From: Leucoraja ocellata
Lineage: Eukaryota
Direction: 5' to 3'
DNA: 64,000 nucleotides
NCBI GenBank assembly: GCA_036785375.1
Contig: JAWMAR010000026.1
Location: 8,370,001-8,434,000, forward strand
Shown here: piece after piece, positions 11,436-23,964 of the stretch
How the letters are laid out: each line of letters begins with the position of its first letter
Position numbering within the stretch: the first letter of the stretch is position 1
Position numbers and translations under genes: made by a program
Notes under the pieces: model-generated
What the model was told of the DNA's origin: nothing
Databases searched by the model: none
What the model saw: the letters and a program-made list of their open reading frames with translations, nothing else

Positions 11436-12594
11436 ATTTATAACCCACACAATTTGATGTCCCCTTGCTGCTGCTGCTGCTGGTCTCGACTATCCACCAC
11501 ACAGTGACATGTGAACACCTATTGTGGCTGATTACTCCTCAAATCTTCTGTTAGATTAATCCATTGGCCTGTTCCACGTGATTCCTTCCTCCTCTGTGTA
11601 CTGAGCCTGATTAACCCATCACTGTATTCTTTCTGAGCAATTTCTAAGAATAGCAGAGTCTTATTAATATCACGTAATCAACATTAAAAGCAATTTTCCG
11701 CAGGAGTTAAACAATGAGCAGCTGGAGGGAGAGGTGGGTTGATTACAGAAAAGGAAGGTGATCTCTGTACACAGGCAGGAATAGCAGATGAGTAGTTCAC
11801 CCTGATCTCTGCTAATGCGCTGATCTCTGATACTGCCTGTGCCCCACGGGAAGGAGAGTCAGTGGAGGTGATAAAAGAGTAGTGGAAAGGCCAGTTAATG
11901 AGTCAGCTTCAGGACAGGGTATACTCATGAAGGAGGGAGTGGGATGGAAGTGTGATGAGATTTGACCAGTAACTGAGGGCCGGTCAGTTTAACCTTGGAT
12001 CTGGGACAACTTTTAGAAACTACACAGGGGAAAAGAGAGCTTGAGCTGATAAATGCGAGTCGGTGTGAGTTTGTGAAAGGCAAGCCGTTTTGCCTAACCT
12101 GACCGAATTCTTTCTTTGGTGAGGTAATTGACAAGGACAATTGATGAAAGGAATAGAGTAAATGTCACAAAGCTGGGCTTTCAGACAACACGGGACAGAA
12201 GGCAGGTTGGTGACGCTTTGGCCCATGAATGAGGAGAATTGTTCATTTTGGAGTAAACTGTGGCATTTTAAGAGCCAGCAGTGACCTCACCCAAAGTTAA
12301 ATGACCAGAAGCTATACAGATAGGAAATAATTCAAGAAGTAGGCAGATAGTGGTGGTAGCGGCAGGTGAAAGATGATGTTGGTCCCCAGTGCGGTCACTG
12401 ATGGCTCTTACATTGCAACAGTTCACCACAAAACCCCAATGCATGAGAGTCTCAACTTTACATAGCTCACAGCCAAACATTCCATGAGCTACCTGTACTG
12501 AGACCTGCTGACACAGGGTAGCAGCATTGAGTCGCCAGAGCAATAAACCTCAGTCACATGAGAGTCGCCACAGAGCTAAATTAAGTGCACAGTA

Positions 12595-12860
12595 TTCTGT
12601 CAACATCTGCAACAGCATCCCTCCGACAACAGATGGAAGAGTTCCCCTCTAACTACATCTGGAACAGTGTCCCTCTGGCAAGAGCTTGAACAGTATCCCT
12701 CACAAACAGCAGGAGCAGTCCCTGACAAACAGCTGGAACAACTCCCCTTACTGACAGCAACAGGAACAGCAGCACTCACAAACACTGGAACAACACCCTC
12801 TCACAAACAGCCGCTGGAATTTTTCTCATGGACAGCAGCTCATGGACAGTGTCCCTATCA
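12595..12860. repeat. Degenerate ~25-bp minisatellite (acagctggaacag...ccctc)
   Basis: About ten imperfect units recurring at roughly 24-27 nt spacing. Confidence 0.6.
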
Positions 12861-12899
12861 ATGAGTGTAATAACTCGGTTTATCTTGGCATAACTTTTC

Positions 12900-13450
12900 A
12901 ATAGAAACATTGAAAAGATGAACATAGCACAGGAACAGTCCTGCCCATAATGTCTGTGCCGAACATGGTGCCAAGACCATATCTTAGCTGCCTGCACATA
13001 AACCATATCCCGCCATTCCCTGCATAACCATATGTCTATCCAAAAGTCTCTTAAATGCCACTATCATATCTGCCTTAACCACCGTGACAGGTAGGGCATT
13101 CCAGGCACCTCAGTGTATAAGACTTGCCCTTTACATCTCCTTTAAACTTTGCTCCTCTCACATTAAAATTATGCTGTGCAGTTTTGGATTTTTCCACATG
13201 GGGAAAAGATTCAGACTATCTACTCTACCCATGCCTCTCTTAATTTTATGTACTTGTATCAGGTCTCCCTGCAATCTCCAACATTCCAGAGAAAGCAATC
13301 CAAATCTGCAGCCAATATCCCCTAATCCAGCATCCTTCTTGTAAACCTCCTCCACGCTCTTTCCAATGCTTCCACATCTTTCCAGTAATGGGATGAACAG
13401 AACTGCACATGATACTCCAAATGCTGCCTGGCCAGTATCCCATAAAGCTA
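12900..13450 (-). mobile_element. CR1 LINE 3' fragment
   Basis: ORF track 13158-13355 (GLLSLECWRLQGDLIQVHKI). Confidence 0.8.
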
Positions 13451-14139
13451 CATTGACTTCATAATGAAGGATGAAGGCAGTGGACTTGAGAACATGAAGG
13501 AATTCTAACTGATTTACCTACATTATCTTTAATTTTCATTCAGAGGGTACAGGCTCAGCATATTTACTCACTGCACCAACCCTGTAATCAATGTGGCAAA
13601 CTTGCATTGTACACACTTCACATCCTTAGGTAGGGAGATAAGACCAATACGTCAAACTCCAGATTTGGTCTCATCAGCACCCTGTATATTTGGAGTAAGA
13701 TGTCTCTACTCAAGTCTTGCAATGAAGTCCAACATGTGGCATGTCTTCTCAGTTGCTTGCTGCACCTGCAAGAATATCCAAATCTCTCTGAATGCCAATG
13801 CCTTTCGATCACTTTTTTAATTATTCCTCATCAAAGTGGATGACTTCATATTTCCACGTCACCTGGCCCATCTGGCAGGTGGTTCCCCAGTGACTCAGCC
13901 TGGCTCCAACTTCAGGAAGCTGCTTTGTATTCTGTTTATAGAGTCCACACAACTGCCTAGCTTGATATCATCGGTAAACCTGCACATGTAAAATGTCACA
14001 CCCCTCCGTGCAACCATTTCCATAGATTGTGAGGAAGGGTTCCAGCACCAGTCACAACTGTCCATCCCCAAAATGATCTGGTTATTGTGTTCATTATCTG
14101 AGGCAGTTCCTCGACAGTGAAGGTGACCTACTTCCTCTC

Positions 14140-14960
14140 AGGTGCAGTGATTTTGAAGTGTCTGTTGAAGACATTGTGGGAACTGCACTCTTCCATGGCC
14201 AAGTAGATGGTGTCTGATGGGGCCAGTGGATAATGCGGGAGATGGTGCCATCCCACCTTGATTTATGCTGGGATTCTGCGTTCTCCTAATACATGAGCCT
14301 GAGGTTCTCACTAATGTCTCCCCTTCATTTTGAGTGACCATGGGTCATCGATTCCCAGGAGTCAATCAGGATGTCACATTTATTCACAGAAATTTTATAT
14401 AAATCCGTGGACTTTTTTCCGCTATCCACCTCTTCCCACTATGGAGCTCCAAGCTGGATGGCTGACCTGCAAATGACATGCCCAGCCCAAGGTAATCAAC
14501 TGGGAGTAACGGGTTTCTCAGTGCTGGGGTGCTGGCCAGTAGACTCAGTTTGCTGATCCTTCCCTGTGGAGCATTCTGTGCAAGCAGAATGTTATTGTTC
14601 TGGTGCATAGAGATGTTTGCTGTAGGTAATCCAGAAACAGAGCACGGTAGGGATCACTGCTGCTCATTGCTGCCCAGTAGATCATTAGCTCGGTGCCAGG
14701 TTTAACCTTTTAATCTTCCAATATCCATATGTAGTCTTATGATCCATTGTCTGCCTTCAAGATTTGGGAAATGCTGCTTGTACGGTGGGGACCAGATGTC
14801 GAGGGACATTGTTTTCAGAACGCTAAGTGTAAGGCCATCTTGTCACCTGCTTCAGAGATGAAGGCGACGGTGATTTGGAGCTTGGCATCTGATCGTGCAC
14901 TTAAGGTATTGCCTGTGTGCGAGAACTCTGCAGCTGACCCTCCTGCAGGTCCTGGCCCAA
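14140..14960 (-). mobile_element. Highly decayed L1/Tx1-like LINE remnant
   Basis: Weak by-eye resemblance to a Tx1-type ORF2 C-terminal region; no intact frame. Confidence 0.35.
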
Positions 14961-15084
14961 AATGCCACTTGTGCATGTTCTCCAAAGATGCTGCCTGACC
15001 CGCTGAGTTATTCCAGCACTTTATCTTTTATCATGGTGCTGCTCTCTGCATCTCTCGTGGTGTTGCATATATAAGGAATGCATA

Positions 15085-15365
15085 TATCGTGGAAACAGGG
15101 CTCTCGGTCCACCAAGTGCACGCTGACCAGTGATCACCCATACACTAGTTCCATCCTACATACTCGTAACAATTTACAGAAGCCAAATAACCTACAAATC
15201 TGCACATCTTTGGAATGTGGGACAAAACCCGAGCACCCAGAGAAACCCCACACAGGTCACATTGAGAAAGTACAAACTCTGCACAGACATCACCCATAGT
15301 TGGGATCGAACCCAAGTCTCTGATGCTGTAAGACAGCAATGCTACCGCTGCACCACTGGGCTGCC
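15085..15365 (-). mobile_element. tRNA-derived SINE (HE1-like)
   Basis: Minus strand reads gggcagcccagTGGTGCAGCGGtag (A box)...GGTTCGATCC (B box), then a body shared with other copies. Confidence 0.85.
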
Positions 15366-15604
15366 CTTGCCTTGATGTAACTTTCCATAATGCGCCCATA
15401 GCATGAATCAAGAAATGTGAAATGAAAATACAACAAAAGTTGACACATAAATTCCTTGGCAGCCAATTTATATTCCATGTCTCAGATATTTTGGTAGTTA
15501 TTTGTGAATTCAGTCAGGGTAAAACTTTGTTACCCAAACAGAGTAAGGCACCAGTGGGTACAGGTAGATAGTTCCTTGAAAGCGGTGAAACAGGAAATCA
15601 GGAT

Positions 15605-15635
<31 letters not shown>
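15605..15635. repeat. Poly-G tract (~31 nt)
   Basis: Direct observation. Confidence 0.9.
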
Positions 15636-15636
<1 letters not shown>

Positions 15637-16510
15637 ATGCGTTTGGTGTTCTTGCCTTCCTTGGTCAGGGCATAGACCAATTTTGGATGATCAGCCACGA
15701 TCATATTGAATGGTGGTGCTAGCTTGAAGGGCTGAATGGCCTACACCTGCACCTAGTTTCTATGTTTCTTTGAACCAGGGAGTACAGCAGCAAAGTAATC
15801 ATGAATTTCAAAGGAAGAGGAACATCTCCACATATTCCTGAAGGTAAAGAACCTGCGAACTGCAGAGCACATGGTGGACATGGTGGAAGAACCTGGAGGC
15901 AAGGCAGCTGATGCACAGACATGACATGACCGAGAGCCAGACATGACCGAGAGCCAAGAATGAGGATTAACCCACCAGGGAAGTTATCAACCCTGATTTG
16001 AGAGCCCTTGGCTCCATTCCTCAGCAGACTGCGGCTCAGCCTGTTGTGCCAACACACAGCAGTTGGTTTGAAACCTTCTTACTGAGCCTTAGCTGTGGCT
16101 GCCCGCAACCTCGGGTGCCCATGGAGAAACGATGGAGAGCAAGTGTCGGGGTTCCCACAGAACTGTAGCTGTCTTATCCTTGCTCATTCTCTTGGGAGCG
16201 CAGTGGTGGAGACAGCCGAGTGCCTCCTGTTAGAAGGGTAGCTCTTACCCTGCACGTCATTCCAAAGCTCCCTTCCACCCTAATTCTTCAGGTCTGGGGT
16301 TCATGGGTCTCCGCTGGACCCGTTTGCACAGGGGTTCTGTGGCGATGCCTTGGTGGGTGGGAGGTGCTATAGGAGGTGGTATTGTTTCCCAACCACTACC
16401 CAGTGGCTCCTGTAGGGGGCGAGGACTGACAACACCTCCCCTCTACCCTTCAACATTCCGGTGGGAAAGGGCGATGTTGTAGCTGGAGGCTCGGCAGATC
16501 AAGACCTTAC

Positions 16511-16720
16511 CTGCTGGGGCCGGGCACCGAGACAGCTGCTGTGCATAAGGCTGGGCTCACCGGCTCACAGTCTGGCACCACACTGCTCACTCCCGGGATT
16601 CGTGACAGTCACTGGAGTTAACATAGGCTTCAGGAGCAGGGCGGAGCCTGAGCAGGGGGGTGGGTCGGGCAAAGCTGCTGAGGGAGCGTGACTCGGCACA
16701 AATGAGCCGGGAGCCTGCCG
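16511..16720 (-). promoter_or_regulatory. Candidate OSGIN promoter and first exon
   Basis: CpG/GC-rich patch. Two minus-strand donors: CAG|gtaagg (exon end 16511) and CCG|gtgagc (exon end 16561). GC box gggcggagc (~16639-16647), KLF-type ggggtggg, and ARE core GTGACTCGGCA (16688-16698). Confidence 0.5.
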
Positions 16721-16784
16721 TGTCAGGAGAGTATCAGAGGGCTGGCCGACAGAAAAGAATGGGACACATGCCTGAACATTAACC

Positions 16785-17400
16785 CTGCACACTCTGACCA
16801 TTCACAGTCTGTCCCCACATACTCTGACCTCACATGACTTGGCACTCACACCCTGTCCTCTCACACTCTGTAACAGGCAATCTTTAACCCCTTACATTCT
16901 TGATGTTTTACATTTCCGTCTCACACTCTTTGTCTCTTTACACTCTGACTCTTCACATTCCCACCCCTCTCTCTCACCCCTCACACTCTGGACCATCACG
17001 TTCTGTTTCTTTACACTCCTCACACTCTTACCCCTTACACTTTCACCACTCACAGTTTGACCCCTCACCATCTTGACCTCATTCTAACCCCTCACTTTCA
17101 CCATTGAAACTGACTGCTCACACTTTGTCCTTTCACACTCTCACCCCTCACACTCTGACTGCTCACACTCTGATAACTCACACTCTGATAACTCACACTC
17201 TGATAACTCACACTCTGACTCCACATACCCTGTCCCTTCTCACACTGACCCCTCGCATTCAGTGCCTTCACACTCTGACAACTCTAATTCCTCACTCATT
17301 TCTCTCACACTCTGATCCCTTCTTCTGTGAGCCTTCACGTTCACCCCTTCACACCGAACTTTAATGCACTGACCTTTCATTCTGCAGCCCTCTGGCCAAA
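16785..17400. repeat. Degenerate minisatellite (ctcacactctga-type units)
   Basis: Includes perfect 15-bp units cactctgataactca near 17168-17212. A related block lies at ~20605-21020. Confidence 0.8.
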
Positions 17401-18619
17401 GCATACTTTGAACCTCACACCCTGAACCAAAGTCACTCCAACCCTCCAGGTATTTACCAAAGCACACAATTTGTGCTCTCTTTGCAAACAATTGCTGTAT
17501 TCATGTCATCATATTGAAAGGCTGACCCCACATTCAGTGGCCAGTCTGACCTGTCAACCTTGAGACTGACCCCTCACCTCAGAGTTTGTTGCTCCCATTC
17601 AAACATCCTTCACACATACAGACTCAGCCATCGCACTGATAACCAATGTCACCTTAGACTCTAATCCTATACACAAGACCTGAAACCGACCATTATGCCC
17701 TGTCAGTCCACGTGGCTCTACTTGAACGGTTCCCTTCCTCTCTAATCCCCAGGCCTCGGCGTGACCCTTTATACCCATCCCATGCCTCCCCCATTCTTCA
17801 CTTCCATCAGTTACTCTGGGCATGAGTTCCACAGCCTCACCCCTCTGTTGGTAAAGACGTTTCCTCTGAAATTCCTATCGGTATCCTGGAGACCCCCAAT
17901 CACTGACAGCCTTTGGTGATGCTTTTCCCCACAATGGTACCACTGAGATAAAGAATGTTAGCATTTCAGTGTTTCCTGTTCAGCCTCCAGCTTCAATTAC
18001 CAAAGAGAAACCAAGTCCAGTGGGTCCATTGTTTCCCAATGCATCTTCTTCATCTTGCATATGGCGTGAACAGCTTAAAGTTGTAGGATAATCAATGTCA
18101 CCTTAGACTCTAATCCTATACACAAGACCAGAAACCGACCATTATGCCCTACCAGTCCCCCCCCCCCCCCCCCCCCAATGAATAAACACTCACATCTCCA
18201 ACATCCTTGTGAACCACATCCACACTCTCTCATGTGCTTCTGCAATTTTTTCTATGGCACATCATGCAGAGCTCCACTGAGTGGTCCAACCAAGGTTTTT
18301 ATGCAAGTTTAGCATAACTTATTTACTTTTCATTTCTACTCCTTTTAAAATAAACCCAAGTATTTGGTTTGTTTTTTTGCATAGCCTTGCTAACGTATCA
18401 CGATGGGTTCATTAAACTCTATTCCTGATTCTTTACCCTATTCAGGCACAGTTCCCGAATAATGTAATCTTCAAACACCTCCCACTAATTATTTGCCCAT
18501 TCTATGCTAATCCAAATCCTTTTGATTGTAGTTCCCTCAGCATTATCCACCTCATTGACAGACCATGTCCCAGTACTAATAGTGGATGATGAGGGTGGGG
18601 GAGGAGGGGAACAAATGCA

Positions 18620-19075
18620 GAAATATTGGCGAGACCAAGCGTAGACTTGGGGACCGTTCCGCTGAACACTTACGCTCAATCCGCTTTGGCCTACGCGATC
18701 TCCTAGTTGCCAAACATTTTAACTCGCGTTCCCATTTCCATACTGACCTTCCTATCCTGGGCCTCCCCCACTGTCAGAGTGAGGCCACAGGCAAATTGGT
18801 GGAACAGCACCTCTAATTTCAAGTAATTTCTGTATTTTGTCCACCCCTCCCCCCGTCATCCTACTAGTTCCACTGCTTGCAATTTTGTATCCCTGTCATT
18901 AGCACATCTTCCCCAGCCAACAACAGGCTATAATGGACTCCTCCCTTCCTGTTGTGATCTGTTGCTTGCCCGGTTTGATCTAGTCTCATCTATCTTTCAA
19001 TCTGAAGAAGAGTACCGACCCAAAACGTCACTTACTCCTTTTCCCCAGACACACCAGCATTTTTGGTCTATCTTC
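18620..19075 (+). mobile_element. Penelope-like element GIY-YIG endonuclease remnant plus terminal repeat
   Basis: Translation NIGETKRRLGDRSAEHLRSIR...VAKHFN...EQHL. Confidence 0.8.
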
Positions 19076-19994
19076 AGAATACAATCAGATCAGCAGTAAT
19101 TTTACTGAACTCAACTTTACTGTCTCCACGTTCCTGTCCGAATAGCCTTCAGTCTATTGATGAATCAATATTTAAAAGCAAGAAGCTCAGACCAGGTTCA
19201 AAATATTTAAAAGCAAGAGCTCAGACCAGGTATAAAATGCATGGCCTACCTAGCAGACTGACCCACACTCTTCTCGTTGGCTCCAACACATGGATTTCGT
19301 ACAGCAGGCCCACAAGGCACTGGAAAGATAATTCCCCTTCCTCTTAAAGATGTGCTGGGAGGAAAAATTGGATTAGTGTAGAATAACTGTAAATGTGTGC
19401 TTGCTGTTTGGTGGCTTTAATAGGGCAAAAAGCCTGTTGCATACCGTGCGAGTCGAAAAAAAATTGGGTTAAAAAGCCAATTTCAACAGTGGTGATCATA
19501 ATGCCACCTGATCCTAGCAAGGATCCATCTGGAAGCCTTGTCCAAGGAAGGAAAATTGCTGTCCTCATCCCCTCATGCCTCTCTATGACTGTCTTCCGAA
19601 ATGCCCTGGAAGGTCTTGTCAGGAAAGTCACACCCCAAAATAAATATGGAACAGCGGAGGAATTTCAAGAGACTGTAAATGTAGGAATCCCAAGTTAAAA
19701 AACAATTGCTGGAGGAATTCAAACAACACATCTCTATTTCCCCAACCCTCCCCACGGATACTACCTGACCGTTGAGTTCCTCCAGCAGTTTGGTTTATGA
19801 CAGCAGAAGAGACTCGATATGCAAATTGGGAAATTACAGGAAGGGATGTGGAATGTTGAACTCGCCGAATGCAGAGAATGGAAGGGGAAATGCACTTTTG
19901 AAATCTTGATAGTTTTGGGAAGATTGTAGTTATTAGCAAAGAGATTAGAAGATTTTAAGCGTTTGTTTTAATTACGTTTATTTAAACCAAGAAG

Positions 19995-21285
19995 ATTTTG
20001 TAACTAAGCTGCGTCTTTCGCTGAAATGGCCAGGCCTAGGGACCTTGAGACAATCATAAATCGTCTTCTGTCCTTACAAAACCCTACGGGTAATTTGCAA
20101 GAGCACAGTCAGGAAAAAGCATTTGCCTAAAAATAATCTCGATTATCTGAGATACTCAGATGTTTTGCCTGTGCTGTGGAGAGTGGGTAGTACCGTTGGT
20201 TATCCCCAAGACAATTGCTTAAACATATATTTATCACCATGACTTTGCAATATGTAAACTAGTTGCTGTGTTTCTAGCTTTAAGACGCTACAGGTCTCTC
20301 CATTGCCGGACTGGCAGGTTCAGGAACAGCTTCTACCCTGCGGCTGTTACACAATCTAACTCTGCACCTTGGTGATTGCCAGTCACCGCACCCAGACACT
20401 CCTTCCCCCAGAAAAATTGCACTACTGCTACTGTATGTACATATATATATTAATGTTCCATTATTCTGTGTTCACTCTTCTGGGTGAGATGCTAGCTGCA
20501 TTTCGTTGTCTCTGTACTGTACACCGCACAATGACAATAAAGATTCAATCCGAATCTGAATGCATTTAAAACAGGACTTTGAAAGGCAAAACATTCCTGC
20601 TGTTCTGTTACACTACTCACACTCTTATCCTTTGACCCCTCACTAGACTGACCTCATTCTAACCAAAGACTCTAACCCCTTACATTTTCACCACTCAAGC
20701 TGACCCCTCACAATTTGTCCTTTCACACTCTCCCCTCACACTGGAAGATTGCAACCTTTACGTGATCGGCCCTGTTTCGACGAAGGCAATCAAATAAAAC
20801 AAGTTGTCCTACAACTTTAGGTTGTGCCTGCCATACGCAAGAAGAAGACCCCCGACACTCTGTTCACTCAAACTCTGATAACTCACACTCTTAAAACACA
20901 CATTCTGACAACTCACTCTGACTCCACATGCTCTGCCCCCTCTCACACTGACCCCTCACACTCAGTGCTTTCACACTCTGACAACTCATACTCTAATTCC
21001 TCACTCAGTTCACACACTCTTACCAATAACGTTTTGTAACTAAGCTGTTTCTTCCGCTGAAATGGCCGGCGCTCGAGGCCTTGAGCTAATCATAAATCGT
21101 CTACTAAATTCCTAATGGTGATTTGCAAGAGCACAGATTGAGCTGGTTATCTCAGTCAATAAATTAAACATATTCATCACCATGACTTTGTAATATGTAA
21201 ACCAGTTGCTGTGTTTCTAGCTTTAACGCATTGAATGCATTTCAAAAAGGATTTTGAAAGGCAACATTTTCCTGCTGTTCTGAGC
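19995..21285. repeat. Local direct duplication (~19995-20606 versus ~21031-21282); copy 1 interrupted by a Rex1-like LINE tail (~20289-20556)
   Basis: Shared blocks ttttgtaactaagctg, catgactttg(c/t)aatatgtaaac, gttgctgtgtttctagcttt, tgaatgcattt, gaaaggcaa, cctgctgttctg. Confidence 0.85.
20234..20253 (+). promoter_or_regulatory. Full extended antioxidant response element (NRF2/sMAF) match
   Basis: TCACCATGACTTTGCAATAT matches TMAnnRTGAYnnnGCRwwww at every defined position. Confidence 0.45.
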
Positions 21286-21399
21286 CCCCCACTGGTTTTC
21301 ATTGTTTTTTTAAACAAGAGATTTAAACAGGTTTCGGAATATTTACAATAGTTCTGAAATTAAAACACGACCTTCCCAATCTAGGATACAATTCGGCTT

Positions 21400-22010
21400 T
21401 CTACCACGCTCGGCATCGTGTGGGAATCCCGGGCAGTTTCACTGCAAATGTGCTGAACGTCCCGGCGAGGCGGCGGGTTGCAAAAGACAGTTCCGCTCTG
21501 TCCCCGTGACCCGGGGGACAGGCTGGCGGTCTAAGCGGATTTAGTGTGGGAGAGCTTTTGTATTTTTCTAATTTGTATTTAGCGTGGAGCGGTCACCCCT
21601 CTGTGAAAGCAGCGTCCTGCGACAAGCAACTGGGGCAATCAATCAGTGCTAATAATTCATACTCTAAAAGCGTCCATGCACCCAGGCAGCGCCGCCACTG
21701 TTCCCTGCCTGGATTGTGACGGCAAATCAATAAAGGGAGGAGACAAGCAAGCGTATCCGCACCACCAATGGGGTGTGTGCACAAGTCATTTCGTTGACAG
21801 GAATCATTAACATCCTGTTCGTGTGCAGGCACATTTGTTTGCAGTTCTGTGCGGAAATCATCATTGCACGCTCCGAGTAATTTTCCGCACATGAACGCAT
21901 TGCGTAAGCAGGTCTTTGCTCTTGCTTGCCTGCACGCGAGCTGGTTGCACGGCAGTTGTGGCTAGTAACCGGATTTAATATAATTTATTTGGCCTGCTTT
22001 CGGTCGACCC
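21400..22010. promoter_or_regulatory. CpG-rich candidate enhancer/promoter with MRE cluster, XRE and C/EBP-like site
   Basis: Five TGCRCNC cores in 21677-21937, TCGCGTG (minus strand, 21933-21939), ATTGCGTAAG (21899-21908); high CpG density. Confidence 0.45.
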
Positions 22011-22194
22011 TTTGATCTGCAGGTGCAATGTGTTAATGAAACAAAACACAGACAAATGCCACTTGCCCACAGTCGAGATTAAACCCACTGGCGGAACACT
22101 AGCATATCTGCCTGCCAGAATATTGGTTCCACTCCAGTTCGCTCAACCCATCTCTCTGTCACGAAAACAATCAACCCGACATGCACAATCAAAT

Positions 22195-23640
22195 AAGATC
22201 AAATAGAACAAGTTTCAAACCGGCTAGACTGCGAAAGGCGATACTGCAGTCTCCTAAGAGTGACGGCGGTTTGGCACATCCTGACTTTAGGCGATACTAT
22301 TGGGCAGCTAACTTGCAAAAACTCCTGTATTGGATGAATGATGATTGCGACCACCTACCGACCTGGGTACACATGGAAAAGACGAGTTCACATCTCCCGT
22401 TGCGGTCTGTCCTATGCTCCCAATTCCCCCTTCCTATAACATCTGGGCGCAGGCCCAATTGCATCCCTCTCGCTCAAGCTATGGAGTCAACTTATGAAAA
22501 ACTTTGGTTTACAAGGCCCTTCCATCTTGACCCCACTGCTTTAAACCTTCAAGTACAGACCACGCATTCAAAACCTGGCATAGCAACGGTATCAGTAGTA
22601 TCAAAAACCTATACAAGGATGGCATATTTTCGTCTTTTGCGGAGCTCTCATCCAACTATAGCCTCCCAAACTCCCAACTTTTTAGTTTTTTCCAGATTAG
22701 GGATTTTGTGAAGAAGACATTCCCCCATTTCCCAAATCGCCCCCCTGAAACCCTGACCGATACCATCTTAGCTCTAGATCCCAACCGGAAGAAATGCATC
22801 TCAGTTTTGTATAACTTGTTAGGGTTGGTTATATTGAAACCTCATACCTCATTAAAAGCTGCGTGGGAGGGTGAGCTGCATACGAAACTAACAGACCAGC
22901 AATGGGACTCTGCCTTGGATTTGATCCATTCTTCCTCCATATGTGCCCGTCATGGCCTGATCCAATGCAAAGTCCTTCACAAAGTCCACTACACAAATGC
23001 AAGATTATCTAGAATTTACCCCGCTGTTAGGGACACCTGCAACAGATGGAATCAATCTCCTGCCATATGTTTTGGTCTTGCCCTAAACTAGCAGCCTTTT
23101 GGAGGAGTGCTTTCGACTTGATAAGCAGAGCCTATGGCCGGACTATTCCTCCAAACCCACTGTCAGCCATTTTCGGTACCCCTCCCAATACCAACCTCTC
23201 TGTTGCGGTGAAACGGGTTCTAGCTTTTACAACCTTGTTAGCCCGGAGACGGATCTTGCTTAACTGGAAGCTCACCTGTCCCCCGACACACGCCCGCTGG
23301 ATTAAGGAGGTGCTTTACAATTTAAAGCTTGCAAAACTTAGGTTCTCTCTCAAAGGCTCTACCAAGACATTCCTAGATACATGGAACCCTTTCTTGGAAC
23401 TTGTTAACTCTCTCAACTTGTCCCTGGACTCGGAAGAGGACTGAGTGCTCTCCACCATTGTTCTGCTCTACTGCAGCTGCTCTCCCCTTAACCCCCCCCC
23501 CCCCCATCCCATCCCATCCCCACACTTATTTATTTAATTACTTATTTATTTATTGTTATTAGTGACCCCCTTTTTTAATTTTCTTTTATTTATTTATTTA
23601 TTTATTTATTAGTACTTTTTGTATCTGTCCCTGTATTGTT
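22195..23640 (+). mobile_element. L1-clade LINE 3' fragment (frameshifted ORF2 C-terminus and 3' UTR)
   Basis: Overlapping ORFs 22181-23444: GGLAHPDFRRYYWAA, LIQCKVLHKVHYT, and Cys/His-knuckle remnant HMFWSCPKL. Confidence 0.88.
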
Positions 23641-23964
23641 CACCGCATCTCCCCGGGGGGAGAGAGGGGTGGAGCCGGGGCTGTGTGCGTGAAGCACTGT
23701 GACTGGAGGGGCGGGAGCGTTGCCCTTGGACCGTGAGGGACCTCTCCCTCACCCCCTTCTCCATTCCCTCTCACACCCCCCTCCCCGCCTACCCCTTTCT
23801 TCTCTCTCCATCCCTCTACTCTCTCTCCAACCCGCTCTGCCCCCTCCACCCGGGGTAGATCTACCCGAGCCAAGAGTAGATTACTCCAAAGATCCTAGAG
23901 CGGGGCCCAATTGGGAGCAAATCGGCCAATCGGCAAGGTAACCACCATCCTGGAGTCTCGATTG

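Noticed and set aside
12595-12860. Regularly spaced repeats as a CRISPR-like array
   Set aside because: Degenerate tandem units without unique spacers, in vertebrate DNA.
11898-13899. ARE/AP-1 cores ATGAGTCAGC (11898) and GTGACTCAGC (13890)
   Set aside because: Short cores are expected many times by chance in 64 kb (one even falls in the V exon) and there is no supporting context.
17104-17364. ORF with THTLI repeats
   Set aside because: Translation of a minisatellite.
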